From a virus, in the IMG/VR virus record IMGVR_UViG_3300012005_000003, positions 37,401 through 101,400 of that record: 64,000 nt of DNA. The stretch is one strand, 5' to 3'. Made by a program: the position numbers and the translations under genes. Below are positions 60,392 through 64,000 of this stretch, piece by piece. Numbering within the stretch: the stretch's first letter is position 1; the number at the start of each line of letters is the position of its first letter. Under the pieces are notes generated by a model, which worked only from the letters and a program-made list of their open reading frames with translations, was not told the origin of the DNA and did no database searches.

Positions 60392-61213
60392 CTATGCAGG
60401 ATCTGTGTTCAGATGATCTGTTGATAAATTATCAGGATTTCCGTATTTGATATAAGTATCCCATTGGACTCTCTTGTTTGCCAAAAAGAAATGCGTGCCA
60501 AATACTCCTGGAGCTGTAATATTTTCTTTTCCTGATAATAATGCCTGCATTGAAGCCAAAGATCCATTGTCACCTAGATCCATTGCTGGAAAAACACTCT
60601 TCACTTCGAAAGAATATTTGATAGCTATTTTGTTATCAGAAGACATGTTACTTTCTCTTGGAATAGTCATTTCTATACCTTCAGGTTGCTGCATGATGCC
60701 TTTGATACTTATTCCTCTGTGGTCAAATTCTAGGTATTTGTAAACCTGTAAAATAGACTGTATCTTAGATATGGCAACAAGAACATCCCTTTCAGAAGAT
60801 AATTGTATTTCTAAACTAAAAGAACATGTGATTGGAATTGGAACCACCTTAGAATAAACTTTCAATATCTCACTCTCAGATTCGAGATTAGATCTGATCC
60901 ATACATTAGGATTTGCCATTTCACCAAAATTTGCAGCCACAGATTCCAAATAAATATGTCCTCTTGGTATGATATCAGTGTTAAGTTCAACTCTTTTATC
61001 AACAATATCATCAACAAATGAATCCATTAAAAACCTTTCATCTCCTGATATGCTATAATAGAAAGGGACTGTAACGAGACGATTTTCTTTCTTGAAACGA
61101 TTGATCCACCATCTCCTATCTTGTAGTTTGGCGATCACTGCGATTATGAGATCTCTATAATAGACATCGTCATAGTTCATTAAATGATCGATAGATAAAT
61201 TTTCTTGGCCCAT
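60392..61213 (-). CDS. gp15: Tail terminator / sheath stabiliser (gp15-like)
   Basis: VTVPFYY, IPRGHIYL, PIPITCSFSLEI...DVLVAISKI. Confidence 0.7.
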   Translation of the reverse strand: MGQENLSIDHLMNYDDVYYRDLIIAVIAKLQDRRWWINRFKKENRLVTVPFYYSISGDERFLMDSFVDDIVDKRVELNTDIIPRGHIYLESVAANFGEMANPNVWIRSNLESESEILKVYSKVVPIPITCSFSLEIQLSSERDVLVAISKIQSILQVYKYLEFDHRGISIKGIMQQPEGIEMTIPRESNMSSDNKIAIKYSFEVKSVFPAMDLGDNGSLASMQALLSGKENITAPGVFGTHFFLANKRVQWDTYIKYGNPDNLSTDHLNTDPA

Positions 61214-61215
61214 TT

Positions 61216-61743
61216 TTATTTATTTTTAAATTTACCTTTTAATTTTACATAATCAGGAAGTTCTAATTTAACTTTATTATCACTACACCAAAAATCTCCT
61301 CCTATATTTTCAGGACAACCTTTCAGAGATGTTAATTTGTTCCATGAACAATTAAAACTTCCTGCTATATTTTTAGGACATCCTTCCAGAGATGTTAATT
61401 CATTATTATAACACCTAAACTCTCCTCCTATCTTCTGTGGACAGTTTTTCAATATTGTTAATTTATTGTCTGAACATAAAAAACTTCCCAATATTTTCAC
61501 ATCTTTCAACCATTCAGGAATTTCTGTCCATTGGTTTCCTGTTAATGTAACATCGCCATTAACTTTCTTGAGCTTGACGAACTTAGCATCGATATCCATG
61601 AAAGATTCATCAATCTTCAAATCTCCATCAATCACTTCCTGAGAAAGTAATCTGATGTTCATTTGTTTGAGTTTCTCCTTGCGGCCTTCTATATTTCTAG
61701 GGACTAGTAAATTCTCATTTACGAACGTCTTAAAATCTTTCAT
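61216..61743 (-). CDS. LRR paralog 5 (4 repeats) with leader
   Basis: MKDFKTFVNENLLVPRN; TATATAGATCATG start context. Confidence 0.85.
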   Translation of the reverse strand: MKDFKTFVNENLLVPRNIEGRKEKLKQMNIRLLSQEVIDGDLKIDESFMDIDAKFVKLKKVNGDVTLTGNQWTEIPEWLKDVKILGSFLCSDNKLTILKNCPQKIGGEFRCYNNELTSLEGCPKNIAGSFNCSWNKLTSLKGCPENIGGDFWCSDNKVKLELPDYVKLKGKFKNK

Positions 61744-61820
61744 GATCTATATATTTATTTAACATGTCTAAACAATATTCGATATTCAACATATATTAAA
61801 AACTACTAAATTAGACAAAA

Positions 61821-62759
61821 ATGGTAAAAGAGCTTTTATTTTGGGAAAAATATGCCCCAACAAACATGGAAGAAGCTATAGTTCTTCCTAGAATTCAAAA
61901 TATTGTCAAGGATGGTATTCAAGTAAATCTGATGTTTGAAGGCACTGCAGGGTGCGGTAAATCTTCATTAGCAAAATTGTTAACGAAAGGAAAAAACTTT
62001 AAGAAGATCAACGCATCCAAGGATACAGGAATTGACACTTTGAGAGAAGACATATATGAATTCTGTAACACTCAATCTATTTTTGATGATAATACTGGGT
62101 TTAAATATGTGTATTTAGAAGAGTTTGATAAAGCAACATCGGCATTCCAGGATGGATTAAAAGATTTCATAGAAGAATATCAGGACAAAGTTCGTTTTGT
62201 TGCTATAGTGAACAATCTTGCAAAGATCAGTGATCCTATACAGTCCCGTTTCAATATCATCAAATTCACTCCTATCAATGACGAGGAGCGTAAATTCATA
62301 ATGAATGCTATGTATAAACGTTGTCAGCATATTTGTGAAAAAGAGGCAATGACGATAGCAAAGGAAGATCTTGCAAAGATCATCAAGAAGAATTCTCCTG
62401 ATATGCGTAGGACTTTGAATAATCTGCAACTCATCAAGATCACAGGCAATGTAAGTGTTCTTTCTGGAGCTGCTGCTTCTAATACAGAGTTATATAATTT
62501 AGTCATATCGAATGGAACAGCTTCAACAGATCATGACTATCTTATGGCAAATTATGTTGATACACCAGAAGAAGCTCTGATCTCTTTAGGTAGGCCATTC
62601 TATGAATGGACAAACAAAGAGAAGCCGGAAATGATTTCTAAATGGCCTATGGTTTTACCTATATGGAACAAATACATGTCATACTATAGTACAACTTTAG
62701 ATCCTATTATTTTACTAATGGGATTAGTTTCAGAATTGAGAACTGTTTTAAAAAAATAA
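61821..62759 (+). CDS. gp44: Sliding-clamp loader large subunit (gp44/RFC-like)
   Basis: WEKYAP, GTAGCGKS, INAS, LEEFD, PIQSRF, PDMRRTLNNLQ. Confidence 0.9.
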   Translation: MVKELLFWEKYAPTNMEEAIVLPRIQNIVKDGIQVNLMFEGTAGCGKSSLAKLLTKGKNFKKINASKDTGIDTLREDIYEFCNTQSIFDDNTGFKYVYLEEFDKATSAFQDGLKDFIEEYQDKVRFVAIVNNLAKISDPIQSRFNIIKFTPINDEERKFIMNAMYKRCQHICEKEAMTIAKEDLAKIIKKNSPDMRRTLNNLQLIKITGNVSVLSGAAASNTELYNLVISNGTASTDHDYLMANYVDTPEEALISLGRPFYEWTNKEKPEMISKWPMVLPIWNKYMSYYSTTLDPIILLMGLVSELRTVLKK

Positions 62760-62973
62760 AAATATGGAAAAAACCAAAAATGATGAAATAATCGAATTAC
62801 GTCATATAAAATATAGTGAATTGCATTTGATGTTCAGCAGACTAGTTATAGATGTTCAAGAACATCCTGAAAATTACATCAACGGTGAAGGCATTACTGA
62901 GTTTATAGAACAGGAAAATTTCAGAAGATCCTTATTTGAAAAATAATAAATAACAAAAAATAATATAATCAAA

Positions 62974-63240
62974 ATGAACAAAGAATTTTTAGTCATGGAA
63001 TACATGAAAAATGTAGATATGAAAAATCCAAATTTATCTTTCAGAGAAATAAAAGAAGGTTTAAAGAGGATTTTACAAGAAGAACCAGCAATCAACATCA
63101 ATTACGAAAATGTTGAAGTGCTGAACGAGATCATGAAGACTTCTGAGACAAAGGAACGTATGGCAAGCATTGATATCTTCTTTACAGAAATAGGAATAGG
63201 AGACAACGAAACACCAAAGAAAGTAACCTTTTTATTATAG
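62974..63240 (+). CDS. Hypothetical protein
   Basis: 88-aa ORF between clamp loader and RNase H. Confidence 0.6.
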   Translation: MNKEFLVMEYMKNVDMKNPNLSFREIKEGLKRILQEEPAININYENVEVLNEIMKTSETKERMASIDIFFTEIGIGDNETPKKVTFLL

Positions 63241-63243
63241 TAT

Positions 63244-64000
63244 ATGCAATACAACCTTGTCATAGATTTAAATTACATATTCATGAAGAACGTGTTTTCG
63301 CTCAATAAAGTAAATATGCTTTATGGTGAACTTGAAAGATCTCTTCAGAAGAATGTGGACAGTCTTAAGAAATTATACAATTTCGAAAATGTATATCTTG
63401 CATGTGATGGCAATGGTGGTTCATGGCGCAAGGCTTTATACCAAGAATATAAAGCAACACGTAAAAAAGACTCTACTATAGACTGGGAAAAAGTTTACCA
63501 GATGTTTGATAATTTTAAAAAGAAAATCAAAGAAACTGGTAGTTTCAAAGTTTTGGAAGCTCCTCATACAGAAGGTGATGATTGGATATCTTATATAGTC
63601 AAACAGAGTAATTCAGAAGCTATATCAGTTCTGATCATAACATCGGATAAGGATATACTACAAGAAGTGAAAATACAAATGGATATACCTTCGTACATGA
63701 ACATCATGATGAACAACGAGATGTATAACGAAAAAATGTATATACCAGTAGGCTATGAGATGTTTTTACAGAAATTTGGTGGAGGTTCCAATTCTTTATA
63801 TTACGGAACCGATGAAGGAGATGTTGAGCAACTTGTTTACAATCTGATGAAAGGCAAAACAGTAGAAGAAGTTTTTTACGAAGAGAAACTGTTTATCAAA
63901 TTGGTCTCAGGTGATAAAGCTAGTGATAATATAGAATCTGTATACGAAAAGAATGGAAGAGGCATAGGTGGCAAAGGAGCTGAAAAGATCTATGCTAAAT
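63244..64000 (+). CDS. rnh: RNase H / 5'-3' exonuclease (T4 rnh-like), truncated by window end
   Basis: MQYNLVID..., ACDG...SWRK..Y.EYKATRK, EGDD, TSDKD, GDKASDNI. Confidence 0.88.
   Translation, partial: MQYNLVIDLNYIFMKNVFSLNKVNMLYGELERSLQKNVDSLKKLYNFENVYLACDGNGGSWRKALYQEYKATRKKDSTIDWEKVYQMFDNFKKKIKETGSFKVLEAPHTEGDDWISYIVKQSNSEAISVLIITSDKDILQEVKIQMDIPSYMNIMMNNEMYNEKMYIPVGYEMFLQKFGGGSNSLYYGTDEGDVEQLVYNLMKGKTVEEVFYEEKLFIKLVSGDKASDNIESVYEKNGRGIGGKGAEKIYAK

Noticed and set aside
4261-61743. Diversity-generating retroelement as the source of LRR variation
   Set aside because: There is no reverse transcriptase or non-coding template repeat in the window. Differences include repeat-number changes and do not look adenine-restricted. 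A DGR elsewhere in the genome cannot be excluded.
1-64000. Stop-codon reassignment (TAG to Gln, as in some Bacteroidota megaphages), prompted by TTG-TAG-CGT at 47169-47177
   Set aside because: Core genes are full length in the standard code, and TAG ends several genes at sensible positions (e.g. gp15, tnpB, 29325, 63240). One case is insufficient.

Overview
A 64-kb, very AT-rich piece of a large T4-like (jumbo) myophage genome. The host is probably Bacteroidota: there are no Shine-Dalgarno motifs, leaders are A-rich, TAnnTTTG -7 boxes sit before accessory genes, and there is an Hc1/histone-H1-like gene. Core genes recognised by motif: major capsid (gp23), prohead protease fused to a scaffold (gp21+gp22-like), portal (gp20), neck (gp13), DNA end protector (gp2), two gp4-like nucleases, late sigma (gp55), tail terminator (gp15), clamp loader (gp44), RNase H, a possible small terminase, and a >1300-aa baseplate-like ORF running off the left edge. 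Accessory genes include a minimal ValRS, CoaE, SET, NT5C, HD, an Acb1/57B-like 2H phosphoesterase, two Hef-like endonucleases, a stand-alone TnpB and one tRNA(CAU). The main signal is that about 34 otherwise unrelated ORFs start with the same short leader (MKHIKLFEQFLNE / MIKNFKQFLNE). It resembles the T4 internal-protein capsid-targeting sequence and ends in an (L/I/V)-x-E prohead-protease site, which also occurs in the capsid and scaffold. These genes or their arrays follow an ATATATA late-promoter-like box, and many fill the interval between portal and protease. I infer a large modular system of capsid-packaged cargo, including five LRR paralogs with variable repeats, several ADP-ribosyltransferase-like proteins and an Acb1-like enzyme. 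Separately, a Val-rich leader peptide with terminator and antiterminator precedes an editing-domain-less valS. All product calls come from motif recognition by eye; no database searches were run.
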